A DNA stretch of 62,268 nucleotides, filler included, from Diploschistes diacapsis (GCA_023645945.1; 5 parts of 5 records of this genome joined end to end with filler, not necessarily neighbours in it), one strand, 5' to 3'. Shown: positions 15,401 to 27,302, counted from the whole stretch's first letter. Translations and numbers: made by a program. Notes: generated by a model not told the origin, from the letters alone.

Positions 15401-18400
15401 TCCCATTGTGTATAGGTCGCGTTGTTGCACTATCAAGGTGTACTATCAGAAGATGCTTTTCGAAGGTTGTGCTATCGCCATGAAATCCGCGTGAGCATTT
15501 GTTGAAGAGCGCTAGAATGAAAGAAAGCTCGAGCTATCCAAATCCAAGGGTAGGTAGGGTGCACCCTCGTCGTAGGACATGCGTTATAATCCCAGTATCA
15601 GTTGTACGTTGTGGGAACCGTTGTTGTGGTCACATAACGTGGTATTCTGTATAAGTAGGAGAGAAGAGGAAGCGACGAACATGCGTTGTTCAGAACCATT
15701 TGACGGATCTGTGTTCGCAGCGTTCTAGTGCGATAACCTGGTTGGCGAACGGGTATGAAGGTAATGCTGTCCGTTTCCTAATAGAAAAGCATGTCTCAAC
15801 GCTAGGATCCACTTCCGTATGCGAGACCGTCCTGTTCTCGATTTCCGAGGAACCCGTAGAGATTAATGGGTGCGCGCCAGAGCCTTGACCATTTACTCGC
15901 GATAACTCAAAGTGTTCTGATGTACCGGTAATAAAGGTATGACTGAAGTTTCCCTTCTACCAAAAGAACCCGGATGGGCCACTTCAGAAACAAGGAATTC
16001 ATGACCTAAATACTTCACTGATAGGTTGTCACAGTACTTAATGCGCTCGTATCACTAACGGGACTCGATTGCCACACAGCCGTAAGGCAAATCCTATGGC
16101 AATAACCCAAGCTCTCTTTCCGCCTTGAAGTGAGCACTTTGACGATAGACTTGTAAGAATAGAAGAAGCCCACGTCTATTCAGCGACTGTAGCACGGGCT
16201 CCTCAAGCGGCGACGGTGACGAGGGATCCCGAATACAAGGAGCCTTAGGGCTTTTCGCATGTGAAGCACGTTGTACAATGGTGACGCTAAGATAGAGCGG
16301 CTCTGCGAGTAACCCCACAAGGTTCTGGAGTTGTGCGCAACTGTAGTAAGCTATCTATCCGGAAGCAAAATTCATTTGGACCCTCGGATCGAGAAAGTGG
16401 GATCTAGTAAACCTGTAGCTCACTCCATCTCTCTCTGTGTCTCGAAGACGACAATGGGCGCTTGCGGCAATGTAAGCGCAGCAATTCAATCTTCATGTAC
16501 GAAGTATTTCGACTTCGGCTCACGCGATCCAGGTATACTTCTGCACTTTTATCTCTTCCAAATGTCCTACTGGGAGAGCACCTATGAAGCCGACAAGGAC
16601 TACTGACACGTTAGCCTGCAGTGCTTGTCAAGAGCTGCACCAACGGATCTAGTTCTCTGAACGGAAGCATTGCCGTCGGGTAAAAGCGTGTGTCCGCCCG
16701 CCCCCGCCCCCGCGTGCCAAAAGGCATCGGCGAGCGGCTTGATCCTTGATCGAGATGCATCGGTTGCTGCATGCTGTAAGATATGCCAATAGTATAAGGC
16801 TCCGGGAATATGTCAATGAATTCCGGTTTAGTTCCAACCGATGGTGTTCAAGGAAATCTCATAAGTTCATGATACACTGAAGGTTTTCCAGCGCCGCGTT
16901 TTCGATTTTTGTAAGGCTGAGTATGCAGGATTCGAGATTGAGAGTGAAATGAACGATACTTTGCATTGTAGAAGACAAATGCTTCTTAAAGAACGTGGGT
17001 ACCAGATGCGTTTTCTAAAGGACAGAGGCTTGTTGCGAGCTTCATTGCCGATGATCTCGCAAGACTAGAGCACCTCAATGCACTTGGTGCTTTTGCGACA
17101 AGTTTTCGTAGCCTGTCTGATTGAACTGGCACAGCAATGACTGCCATAGCATGGGCTCGTCAAGCCCAGGGTGCTTGTATAAACGAGGCTGTAGGATGAG
17201 CAATAGTTGACTCACATTAGTTCCTCAAGATGCCCACGCGCTCTTGGAGTGGACGGACGTTAGAATAGCAGAGCTAATGATGAGGTAGATGAGTAACGGA
17301 ATTTTGCAACAATGAGTTGTTATTGTGTGACAAGAAGTTGCAGCCCTAATCAAGGGCGACGTCAAGTCAAGCGAGCACACAAGAAAGTCTCCAATTTTTA
17401 GCCCCTAGCAAGATTCTCCACTGTCATTCAATACCTTCTCGAGCAACAACGCTGACAGACGGATGTGGAGGAATAAACTATAGCTCACTTCAGTCAAGTA
17501 CTTAGTACACCAGCGTGATGATGAGAAGCTTCAGCCGAGGTGGAAGAGTCTTCCTTGGTAGTGGCTCAGCAAGCAAACCTCCTCGCTCTGCTGAACGATT
17601 TCGTTGATCTTACGATCATGCCACGGGCCATAGCAAGCAGTGCCTGCATGGCGATAAGTGAGTAAAGAATGTCAACCCCAAGCATAAAGCTATACCGTGT
17701 GGCTGACAAGATATCTGCGCGCTGAGCAGGAACATGCCGGTACGTTGTGGAAAAAAGAGTTAACGCTAGATCTACGACAATTCCTCCTTCTCGACAGACC
17801 CCTCTTCTTACATGGTTATGTACATTTATGCATCATCAGCTGTCCTCGGCGAGCTGCCTGTCTAGTGGAAGTTGGGGTTGAAGAGTCCATAGGCATCTAT
17901 CTATCCTGTCGTTGCTTGGATCTGGCGGGGATGAGGATGCTGTAAAGGAAGGCTGCCATTTGGCCGCCCACTAACGCTTATAGTCAAAACCAACAAATCG
18001 CATATTACAGTCCATTAGCTCCCAGCCTCCAGGGCCCTGCTGTCTCCTGTCGACGACGCTAGAGCACCAGAAACTTGCCTAGGGCTGCCTGGTAGGACTT
18101 CGATCCACGAAGGCAAGATCAAATGCTTTTCCCGGTATCCGGTATCCTCTGATCGTGAATACCGAAAATTTGTCAGTCGCCCTGGTGCTTCGTTTTGCGG
18201 CCCCTCTGCCATGCTCGAGCCCCCATGCTGGCATGCTCTTTTCACTTCACCAGGAAAGGGTACTTCCTACGCCTACAAATGCCAAAAAACTTGCCTCCGC
18301 AAAATTGTTGACTTCACCCCTCTTGCCCTTTTTTCCGATCCGCACGAATAAGGACATCGCAGTCTTATTCCAGGGCATTGATCCCCCTGGCGTCTGTCTT

Positions 18401-18921
18401 TCCTTCCCTACTAATAGTATTCGACTTTATGCTATTCTAACTTATGTCATTATTCCGTTGGGCGGAATTACTTACATTCACAAGTCTATGAACTATTCGC
18501 AGGCGTAGTCGTTTTGCAACATAGCTTGGTAGTCTATAGTGCCGGCCCCGCACAAACCGCCAAACTGCCAAACTGCCGTGTACGAAAAACGAGATTATAG
18601 ATTTCCATTTTCTGCTACCTTCGCATTCAGTCAATCACGTTGCGTATCATCTTGACTTTGGCTTCTTTTTACCGCCACAAAACATTCCAGCCTTCCTGTT
18701 ATCTATATCTGATAGGCCTATCAATGGCCAAAGGAACTTGATATACTTTCGAAGCTGAAGAACAAACGTTCGTGTTGCAACGCGCTACAAGACTTATATT
18801 AGGCCTACCTAAGTCCTTGACCTTCGCTCACCATTTCTTTTAAACTTGCAGGGAGCAGTCGTGAGCCCTCGTTTGACCAAGCTGTCAGTCAAAAATCCCC
18901 AAAATTGTGCCGTTGAAGTTC

Positions 18922-18981
18922 ATGGGCATACTGCACCCATCTGTGCCCCATAGTCACCTACATCTTGTGGTTCAATCCTAA
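18922..18981 (+). promoter_or_regulatory. 19-codon upstream ORF (MGILHPSVPHSHLHLVVQS*) immediately before the WOPR gene
   Basis: ATG at 18922 and TAA at 18979-18981; main ATG at 18987. The ORF is seen directly; its inclusion in the mRNA and any function are inferred. Confidence 0.45.
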
Positions 18982-18986
18982 GAACG

Positions 18987-20387
18987 ATGAATGGTATCTC
19001 AAGTGGCTCCTTGCAACCTACTTGGTTTGGCCATGTCGCTACAACGAGGGACGCCCTAATACTGTTTGAAGCTTGTCTGACGGGGACTCTACATCACGTA
19101 CCACGGCGCCCACATGATCGAGAACGCTCACACCTTATCAAGAGCGGGTTCGTCTTCATCTATGAGGAAAACGCATCTGGTATCAAGCGATGGACGGACG
19201 GCGTTCCGTGGAGCCCAAGTCGGATACTGGGGAACTTCCTGGTATATCGAGAACTGGTCAAGCCATTTCCGCCGGGAGAAAAGAAGCGAGCGCAGAAGAG
19301 AGCGAAAAACGCCCGCGTTTCGAAACCGGGCGAACCGTATCCGCGGCGAAGTAGTGGCGAGGAGCAGCAGCAGCAGCAACAGCAGCAACAGCCATCTGGG
19401 GCTACGAACAGACAAGAGGCCAACTTCGACAGCCGCGATAGCGAGCGTGCTCTCATCGGATCCCTCGTTGACTCTTACGGATTCAAAGAGGGCGGTCTTG
19501 TCAAGAAGACAATGAGCGTTAACTTGAATGGCATACACCATCATCTGGTTTCCTATTACAACATCGAGGACGTGCTCGAGTGCAAACTGCAGCCGCCTTC
19601 CAAGGACTCAAAGCTCGAGGGCATCAGTCCCCGACCCGACCTTATAGCTCGCCAAAATTTTAGAGCTTCGCTCGATGACGTTGACCTGTCCATACAAGAT
19701 CCTTTGATCTCTTTGCCAACTACTTTCGACTACGGACGTAGCCCTTGGAAGTCCGGCGCTCTATTCAACTCGCAAGGCCAACAGCAGCAGTCCTCGCAGA
19801 TGGCCGTTGGCGCCTACAGCGGCGCCGCCTCCTTCTCTACTGTGCCACAAATGCAATCCGGTTTGCAAAGCTATGCCCCGATCGGCCAGGCGCCACATCC
19901 CTTCTTTTCGCCATCGTCCGGCATGATGCCAGCTGCAGTGAAGCCAGTGCAGTCTTTTGCACACTTCAACAACAGCTATTCTGGCCTACAGACTGGGCAC
20001 CTACCCATGACGGAGGATTCGACGATGCAGCAAACCAATGGTCAAGCGATGCCCTACCCATATCGAACCGAATCGATCACGAACATGGCATCGCGGATGA
20101 GCACTATGGGATCAGCAGCTTCCCTTAGCGATACCAAATCCCCAGAGTCAGCTGATTGGAATCGCAGCAACACCGTTTACTCATCAGTGACGAGTCCTTT
20201 GAATGCGCAATCGCCGTTTGTCTCGGACACGCCGCAGTGGACTATGGCGGCTTCGATGACTCACAGTATGCCTACGAGCAAGACCGAAGATGGATGGATG
20301 CCATCGTCCGTAGCGTCGCCGTGGAACATGAGTGCCGCGCAGGACGCGAGGCATGCGAACTTTCGAATGCCATCCCATACCGGTTAG
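18987..20387 (+). CDS. RYP1: WOPR-domain (Gti1/Pac2 family) transcription factor, Ryp1/Wor1/Sge1-like
   Basis: WOPRa: DALILFEAC...VPRRPHDRER...GFVFIYEENASGIKRWTDGVPWSPSRILGNFLVYREL. PPGEKKRA motif typical of the Wor1/Ryp1/Sge1 branch. WOPRb: LVDSYGFKEGGLVKKTMS...HHLVSYY. Low-complexity S/Q/M C-terminus; intronless ORF. Confidence 0.93.
   Translation: MNGISSGSLQPTWFGHVATTRDALILFEACLTGTLHHVPRRPHDRERSHLIKSGFVFIYEENASGIKRWTDGVPWSPSRILGNFLVYRELVKPFPPGEKKRAQKRAKNARVSKPGEPYPRRSSGEEQQQQQQQQQPSGATNRQEANFDSRDSERALIGSLVDSYGFKEGGLVKKTMSVNLNGIHHHLVSYYNIEDVLECKLQPPSKDSKLEGISPRPDLIARQNFRASLDDVDLSIQDPLISLPTTFDYGRSPWKSGALFNSQGQQQQSSQMAVGAYSGAASFSTVPQMQSGLQSYAPIGQAPHPFFSPSSGMMPAAVKPVQSFAHFNNSYSGLQTGHLPMTEDSTMQQTNGQAMPYPYRTESITNMASRMSTMGSAASLSDTKSPESADWNRSNTVYSSVTSPLNAQSPFVSDTPQWTMAASMTHSMPTSKTEDGWMPSSVASPWNMSAAQDARHANFRMPSHTG
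19365..19391 (+). repeat. CAG/CAA trinucleotide repeat encoding Q9 in the WOPR linker
   Basis: cagcagcagcagcaacagcagcaacag. Confidence 0.9.
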
Positions 20388-23300
20388 TGAAAATCTCTGC
20401 ATGGAGAGCTGCGGCGCCACTGATGCGAGCGTCATCGTATGGGGGTCCAGTGCACGCGCGATCCAATGATCGTGGCGACTGTCTCAATGATGGCGCTTTC
20501 CAGGGTGCGTTATCTCAGTCTGGACATCTAGCTGACTTGTCAAAGCAACGTCAGACGTCTTACCCTGGGAGCGTCGCCAGAGTGCCCTGTCCGTGAGGGG
20601 AATTTGCTAAAAAAGCAATTGTGTCTGAGCAACGTCCCACGCACCGTCCTCCGATCGATCCCACATGTAGCTTCGCGCAGGTGATTGGCTGGGAGGAAAG
20701 CATGCACGCGGGGGGCAGAAAATGGTTAGAGGTTGAGACAGCATAACCATGTATGGAGAGACCATGGAGAGACCATGCAAAAATGAGGAGTTCGGCGTTT
20801 ACGGGATCTGGAGCACCAAAATAACATCATTCATAGTCCTGGCACAAGTTTCTGCGCATTGGGGCTGTATTTCCGCGTCCATTAGCGAGTTTTTGGGGTC
20901 CTGGGATGGACAGTAAATTGGAAAAAGCAAAGAGATGATCATTACCACAAGATACCCCCAATGCGCATACAGGAGCCACATCGAGTTTCACTAGTCCATA
21001 CCTACTCGTTGGGGTTGATCTGTTCTAAGATCTGTTTTTAGGGGGGAAGCCATCGTGCATGGCAAGCGGATGAGGTATTGATAGGCTTGTTTTCTACCTG
21101 TGAATATAAGAAACGTAATGGATTTTTAAAACAAATAAGAGATACGAAACAAATGCCAGTACGCTTCCCATATAACATACGCGGACGTCTACATGCGCAA
21201 CGCACCGGTAGTTGAATCTTTGAATAACTTACTTGTACGTACTAGGCTAGGAAGCAAAAGGCCACCATTATAGCGAGTTGCACGCAACAACAATAGCAAC
21301 AACAACGGAAACTTCTCCGTTAGCCCCGTATTGTTTAGTGAGATGTTCTGTATCGGAGGGTATAGAGCTTGGCGAGATCGTTCCAAGTTCTACTGACAAT
21401 GTCTGACAAGTAGGCTCGTTTTGAACTTCTGCACCCGTTGAAAACCCCCCCCTCCCCCCTTGCATGCATGGGATTGTTCCATTTCCCCTTTTAGTGACTT
21501 CTTTTCTGTCCGATCGCTCGGGGCCAAGCTAACTAGCTAGGTAGGAGGAGTGGACGAGGGTGGAGGAGGGGGGGGGGGATCGCTGCAGCAATTGGTCCGA
21601 CCCTTTTCCCCTATCATCCCTATTCGTGCGGCAGCAGGATAATGACACTTAGAGCAACGACAGGTGGCCTAGCTACTAATCGGGAGGACACGATGCAAGC
21701 GAGCCCCATACAATCAATCGGCCTGCATGGAGTCGAAACGCAGTACATCAGATTTATTAAACTTCCGCCTCCTCGGTTTCCTCAAGGGACTGGGTCTTTC
21801 ACGTTTAGAGAATATCGACTCGCAAGCTTCTACAACAACGTGCTCGTATCCAATAGAAGACAAAGGGCATCACCGCCTTTCTCTCTACACGATAAAAGAG
21901 CTGCCAGATTTAGGCTGTCGAGGCTAGAAGAGATCCGAGAGGGCCATTCGGCCGCTTCGCCAGAACGTGCATGACAGAATGCGCAAGATTCTCGAAGGAC
22001 ATAACGTTGCTTTCAGTGAAGGATCGCTGACATGTGCACCGTGCTCGCGTGACTGATGTTACTGTAGAGCCTGGTGCAGCACCGCCTCTGAAAGCGCCAT
22101 TTCGATACCGGAGGCCTGCTTCTCGTTCTAGTATGGGACTCGCTGATCGCTCTGACACGTTAAGAGTATACCCGCTTCGTCGGGCAAAGTTGCGACCCCC
22201 ATCTTAACGCCGTTCCCGGGTTTCTTCGATAATGATGATACCCTGGGCACCGGTCTGTTGCACGACCCAGCCTACCCAACTTGCTATTCTTGCAGTTGAC
22301 TTGTGCAAAGGTGTCAGAACGACATGCTGCATCTTCTGGCATTGGAGGAGAATGCTAGCTAGCCACCTTGCATATTCTACGTGACGGCAGCCGCTTCCTG
22401 GCCAATAACCTCGATTCGGATAGATGTTGCATCTCGTCGTTCATGCCCTTTTGAACTAGGCAATCCTCCACCAACTACGATCATGAGAACGAGAAAAGCC
22501 GTGTCGGCGCGGGCCGCAATCGTTTCAGACTCTGCAAAGTTGATACTGTAGAGCTTACAGAATGCATGATAAGCACAGCCGTTTCAACAGCCGACGTTGA
22601 CTCCACACTCCACACACAAAAGACCGCTCACACCATTTCGATTGTTCTCGAATCTTGTTCTGTTTCTAGAACGACTTCCCACCCTTGACATTACCATCTT
22701 CGCCACAATCCTGCATACCCCAGACAACTTCGCCGGCTATCTGTATCCGAAGCGAAGGCTCAGCACCTCGACCGAGGGCCATCGATCCACGGGCCGGCGA
22801 CGACGTCGGCATGGAACCCGTCGCGGCAAAGTATGTCGTGTGCCTCTCGTCCAGATGTGGCTCGCCGCCGGACTCGGGCATTATAACCATGGTGGGTCAG
22901 AGAGCGCTCTGAATAAATCTTCCGCACGACACCACGATGCGAGGTACGCCTGGCGTAACTCGTATACCTATACATATACTCGTTCTACTCCTCGCGCTAC
23001 TTGACGTTGCATGATTGACTCGCTTGGCTTTCCCTGAATCCATGCTGTGGCTCTATCTGCTTCAATAGTTCTCAGCTGACAATAGCTATTCGCTCACGTG
23101 AGTACCCCGGTCATGTTGCCGTATGTCATTGTTAGATATCTTTTTCCGTTGCAGGCTACCCTTGCAGGAACCAGAAGCTTTGTCGCTTGTAATGGATCGG
23201 AGTCTAGGTTGCAGACGCTGCAGGTACAGGTGACTTTCTTTGCCGGTTTGGGACAATACAGTGGTAGGCCAGAACTCTGAGCACCATCCCTGGTGCTGAG

Positions 23301-24387
23301 CTTTTCTTTCATCTCCTCCCCCTGTTATCTTCTGGTTTTCTTTTCAAATCCTTCGAGCAACTAGTCGCCTCTCCGGCTTGCTCATTCACGGCCAATCTCG
23401 GACCGCCGATTCCTTCGTGGACCACTCTGTCGCTTCCGGCTTCACATTCCTTTATTCAATCCGTTGGTCTACTTCGACTGTGCAGCGAAACGATCTCGTC
23501 TGTGGCCGAATGTACGCCACACTCTCAACGTACTTTGCTCCCTGCCACGCCTGCGGTGCGGCCCAAAAGAATGAATTGTCCTGAGGCGGGATGCACCCGG
23601 ATGCCTCCCTACTGTGGGGTAGAGAAAAAGAAAACAAACGCCGAGAAGAGGAGAGGGGAGTGGGGAAAAACAAGCCCAGGAAGGAAGGTCACACCGGGAA
23701 TTTTGCCCAGGAACCGAAAGCAAGCCATCAAAAGAAAGCCACCGACGTGGATACGTGGTCCTAGCCACTCCCATAACAAGTCTTGGTCTTCGCCCTAGCA
23801 GGCCCACAGACCTGGAGCGAGGAAAGAGAAGTGCACCATGCACATGGTTTTGTTTGCTCCACACCACCTTCCCTTCGCGACTCAGTGCCCTACTTCGGCG
23901 ATGCTTTGTCAAACATCGGTGCTGCTGTGTGTAGTGTATTGAAACTTACCTTTTTAGCTTCTCTCCACCGCTGCTTCCTGCGTGCACTGGCGCCCATTAT
24001 GACTTTTCCTTTGCTGCTTTCCACTGATCATTCAAACCCTCTCTCCTGAAGAGGTGCTGTCAGGGAACCCTTCTGTTACTGATGAGCGGTGACCATGGTC
24101 TGGTATACTTTGAGGGTATCTGAGCGGATGGGGCAAAACTATAGCTGGGAACAAGGATGCGGATTGAAGAGTGTTGAAATAAGAAACTGGGGTGCAGCTC
24201 GGCTATGTATGGCAGGCAGGCAGGCAGGCAGGCGCGCCTATGGTACGTGCCATCGAGGAGCGCTTGGGCAATACCAGCCAGCAGCCATCTATTTTCCCCT
24301 TGCAGCACAACAGTTTTCCACCCTTCCGCTTTCTCGCAGTCTCTCCTACCACTTCCCGCATACGCCTCTCCCTCCTCTTTCTTAGTA

Positions 24388-24422
24388 CTCTCTCTCTCTC
24401 TCTCTCCCTCTCTCTCTCTCTC
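24388..24422. repeat. (CT)n microsatellite; (GCAG)n nearby at ~24211-24232
   Basis: ctctctctctctctctctccctctctctctctctc read directly. Confidence 0.9.
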
Positions 24423-24864
24423 ATTCCCCATTCCCTTCCTCTGTCCCCCGCTGTCCCATCCCTGTCCCTGTTTCGGTCCCGCCACTCAACTCAACCCAAC
24501 TCAACCCTCCCAATTTCCCCTCCTTGCCGCCCCACCAACCAGATATGCCGTCAAACGAGCATATCCCAAGCCCGTCCACCATCTCCGCCTGGATCAAGAA
24601 TACGGACGAAATGCAACAGACGCGTAGGCTGCAAGAAACCCGGTGCCGCCGCCATTGCCGTCGGGAGCTCCGCGGATGGCTCCTCCGGCCGCGGTAACCT
24701 CAAAACATGTACACCGGCTCGAGACGGTTGAAAGTCGGTAGGGGATGGAATAGCTGAGCCGGAAACGGTGGGAGGGCACCGTGGGTGGCAGCTAGCTTAC
24801 GTCTGCGTATGGAGAGGGGGTTTGGGTGGAATAGAAGGTTGGGAGGCGGTGGAAGAAGAAGAGG

Positions 24865-24964
24865 NNNNNNNNNNNNNNNNNNNNNNNNNNNNNNNNNNNN
24901 NNNNNNNNTTAATTAATTAANNNNNNNNNNNNNNNNNNNNNNNNNNNNNNNNNNNNNNNNNNNN
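24865..24964. other. Artificial contig linker N44-TTAATTAATTAA-N44
   Basis: Identical 100-bp spacer. Confidence 0.99.
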
Positions 24965-25330
24965 ATTTATATGTAAATTAATATATAAATTATTAAAAAA
25001 AAAAAAAGAAAAAGAAAATAAACCTAAAATAGATTTTAAGATTAAACGTAAGTTATATGCGTTTATTATTAAAATCGAAATTAAAAAAAGAATAAAAAAG
25101 AAAAGAACGAAAAAAACGGCGTAAAACCTCGCGTTAACTCTATAAATATAATAAATATATAAAAACAACGAAGATCTTACGGCGCCTTAAAATAAATATT
25201 TATAAAAATAAAATAGCCGTATTTCAGGCCTTAATAATTACGTAGAAAAGAAAGAAATTTATTAAAAGAATAATAGTATTTAATATTTTATCTGATTGGG
25301 ATTAGCTTTTATTAAGCTATTAAAAACTAC
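24965..25330. repeat. AT-rich, RIP-like degenerate repeat at contig edge
   Basis: Very AT-rich and TpA-rich, almost no CpA/TpG while CpG persists (aacggcgtaaaacctcgcgttaa, ttacggcgccttaa). This is the pattern expected from repeat-induced point mutation. Confidence 0.7.
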
Positions 25331-25552
25331 CCTAAGCCTATCTGGGAAGCCCGCAGCGCCATAACGCAACCGCAGCGACAGGGGTGCCAAACCTCTCTAA
25401 TATTGGAGAAGAAGAGGTTGGGAGAACAAACGACGCTAGTTCGTCTCATGACCAATCATAATGGGGGAGTGACTATCCATTTCCCGCTGGCTCCCATTCC
25501 TCGAGAATGCCAAGCGAACGACTTCCTTCTTCAACTGCAAGCTGTTTGAGCA

Positions 25553-26662
25553 ATGTTCACATTCACCATTGCTCGACGAAATCCCTCCCTCAAGCCTTTC
25601 CTTACGGCCCGCCTGAGAGCGTTCTTCACAATGACAGCAAATGGATCGGCCAATTTTATTCAAACGACTTCACTAATCAACGGCGATCTTAACAATACCG
25701 CTGCAGCACGCGCCCAAGTCCATCTTGAAGGAGACAAATCTTATATCCGTCGCTCATTTGCACTACCGTCAAAAGAAGATGATCCAACACTCAGACAGGA
25801 GTACCGGCCGTTTTTGTTAGATGCTGCCATTGAAAATAGTGACTGGATAGCCGCCCTGGAGCTAAACTCGATATTGCAGATGGTAGATGCGGAGATCATG
25901 AGCAAGGGACAGGAGAGGCTAAAAGTCTTGGTTTTATATGGCAGTTTGAGAGCCAGGTTAGGTGAATTTGAGCTCAAGAACTGGGATTTACTAATTTTAT
26001 ACATAGGTCATATTCAAGATTGCTTGCTTTCGAAGCGTCAAGGATACTGTTTAGACTCGGGTGTGACGTCCGGGTATATAACCCAGCTGGACTGCCCGTC
26101 AAAGACGATCTGCAATTCGCGCATCCCAAGGTTCAAGAGCTACGCGATTTGAGTAGATGGAGCGATGGTCATGTTTGGGTCAGCCCTGAACAGCACGGCA
26201 ACCTTGTAAGCGCCATCTCTCTTCCTTGATCCTCAGAGTGCCAACCATTTGTACCAGACTGCCGTGTTTAAAAACCAAATAGATTGGATTCCCCTCTCCA
26301 CAGGCAGTGTCCGCCCAACTCAAGGCAGAACTCTAGCAATTGCGCAATGCAACGGCGGTTCGCAATCCTTTAACACCGTGAATTCCCTTCGGATTCTTGG
26401 CCGCTGGATGCGTATGTTCACGATACCGAACCAAAGTTCGATACCTATGGCGTATACACAGTTTACCGAGAATGATGGCCCGGAGGGCGGAAGCAGGTTG
26501 ATGCCCAGTGGAAATAGAGATCGGTTGGTTGATTGCATGGAGGAGTTTGTCAAGTATGCTATTGTAATGAGGCCGCATTTCGATTTATTTAGTGATAGGT
26601 TCAGTGAGAGGATGGAGAGAAAAGGTCAGGCAGAGAGAAACAAGGAGAACACATCGAATTAA
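25553..26662 (+). CDS. arsH: Arsenical resistance protein ArsH (NADPH-dependent FMN reductase); introns 25957-26006 and 26206-26257; alternative start at 25631
   Basis: Spliced translation [26 protein letters not shown]...[89 protein letters not shown]: the ArsH signature motifs. Confidence 0.95.
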
Positions 26663-26889
26663 GATATTTGGGAGTATTAAAAGGATAAAATATAGACATA
26701 CAATCGAGGTATATATGCTCTTTCAAACTAGACCAGTCGTTCAATATCCCCCACACAAAAGTATCACCATTGTGTTGAAGCGAGCCAATGGCTTTATGCA
26801 ACGACATTCAGTTCCAATATATATACTAGCTTAGTCCACCCGTCAAGGCCATCCCTTCAATACATTTTCTTATCCCTGCCTCCTACTTG

Positions 26890-27302
26890 CGGCTTCTTCA
26901 ACAGCTTACTTCGACGTGAAGATCACATGGTACTTTCCCATTACTACTCTACACTTCTAATATTAACGGAATTCTAGGGAGGCGCAATATCAGGATCTAT
27001 TAACATACCGGCGCAGACTTTGTATCCGAGCATTCCAGTGCCTTATAATTCTCTTCTCGAAAGCACAGATCAAGTCAGTGATCTGGTTCTGCGGTATGTA
27101 GCAATTCAATCAATATTTGGATACCCAGCTGATCGGAGTCTCAGGTTCGTCTGAGCATCGAGGCTTTCGCGCCGCTGTGTGGTTTGATGACTATATTCAG
27201 TCTCAAGGCGACGAGTTCATGAAGAGCTTCGGACTCTACGAAGGAATCAAGGGCTGGGCTACATCGCGTCCATATGACTATAAGACTGATGCTTGGAGTT
27301 GA
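26890..27302 (+). pseudogene. acr2: Acr2-type (Cdc25/rhodanese-fold) arsenate reductase, frameshifted and 5'-eroded
   Basis: LRREDHM / intron 26930-26977 / GGAISGSINIPAQTLYPSIP, then a 1-nt frameshift near 27041-27051, then LFSKAQIKSVIWFC / intron 27094-27144 / GSSEHRGFRAAVWFDDYIQSQGD...LYEGIKGWAT. CX5R active-site loop (C-GSSEH-R) retained. No convincing start exon found. Confidence 0.8.

Noticed and set aside
17514..17596. Possible C/D-box snoRNA (GTGATGA ... CTGA)
   Set aside because: No terminal stem or recognisable rRNA guide; such boxes occur by chance.
14426..18634. Scattered 60-133 aa ORFs upstream of WOPR as genes
   Set aside because: No motifs, no consistent strand or exon chain, and mostly non-ATG starts; consistent with random ORFs.
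19160..19456. Minus-strand ORF with a poly-Cys run, resembling a metallothionein
   Set aside because: It is the reverse complement of the CAG/CAA polyQ tract in the WOPR gene.
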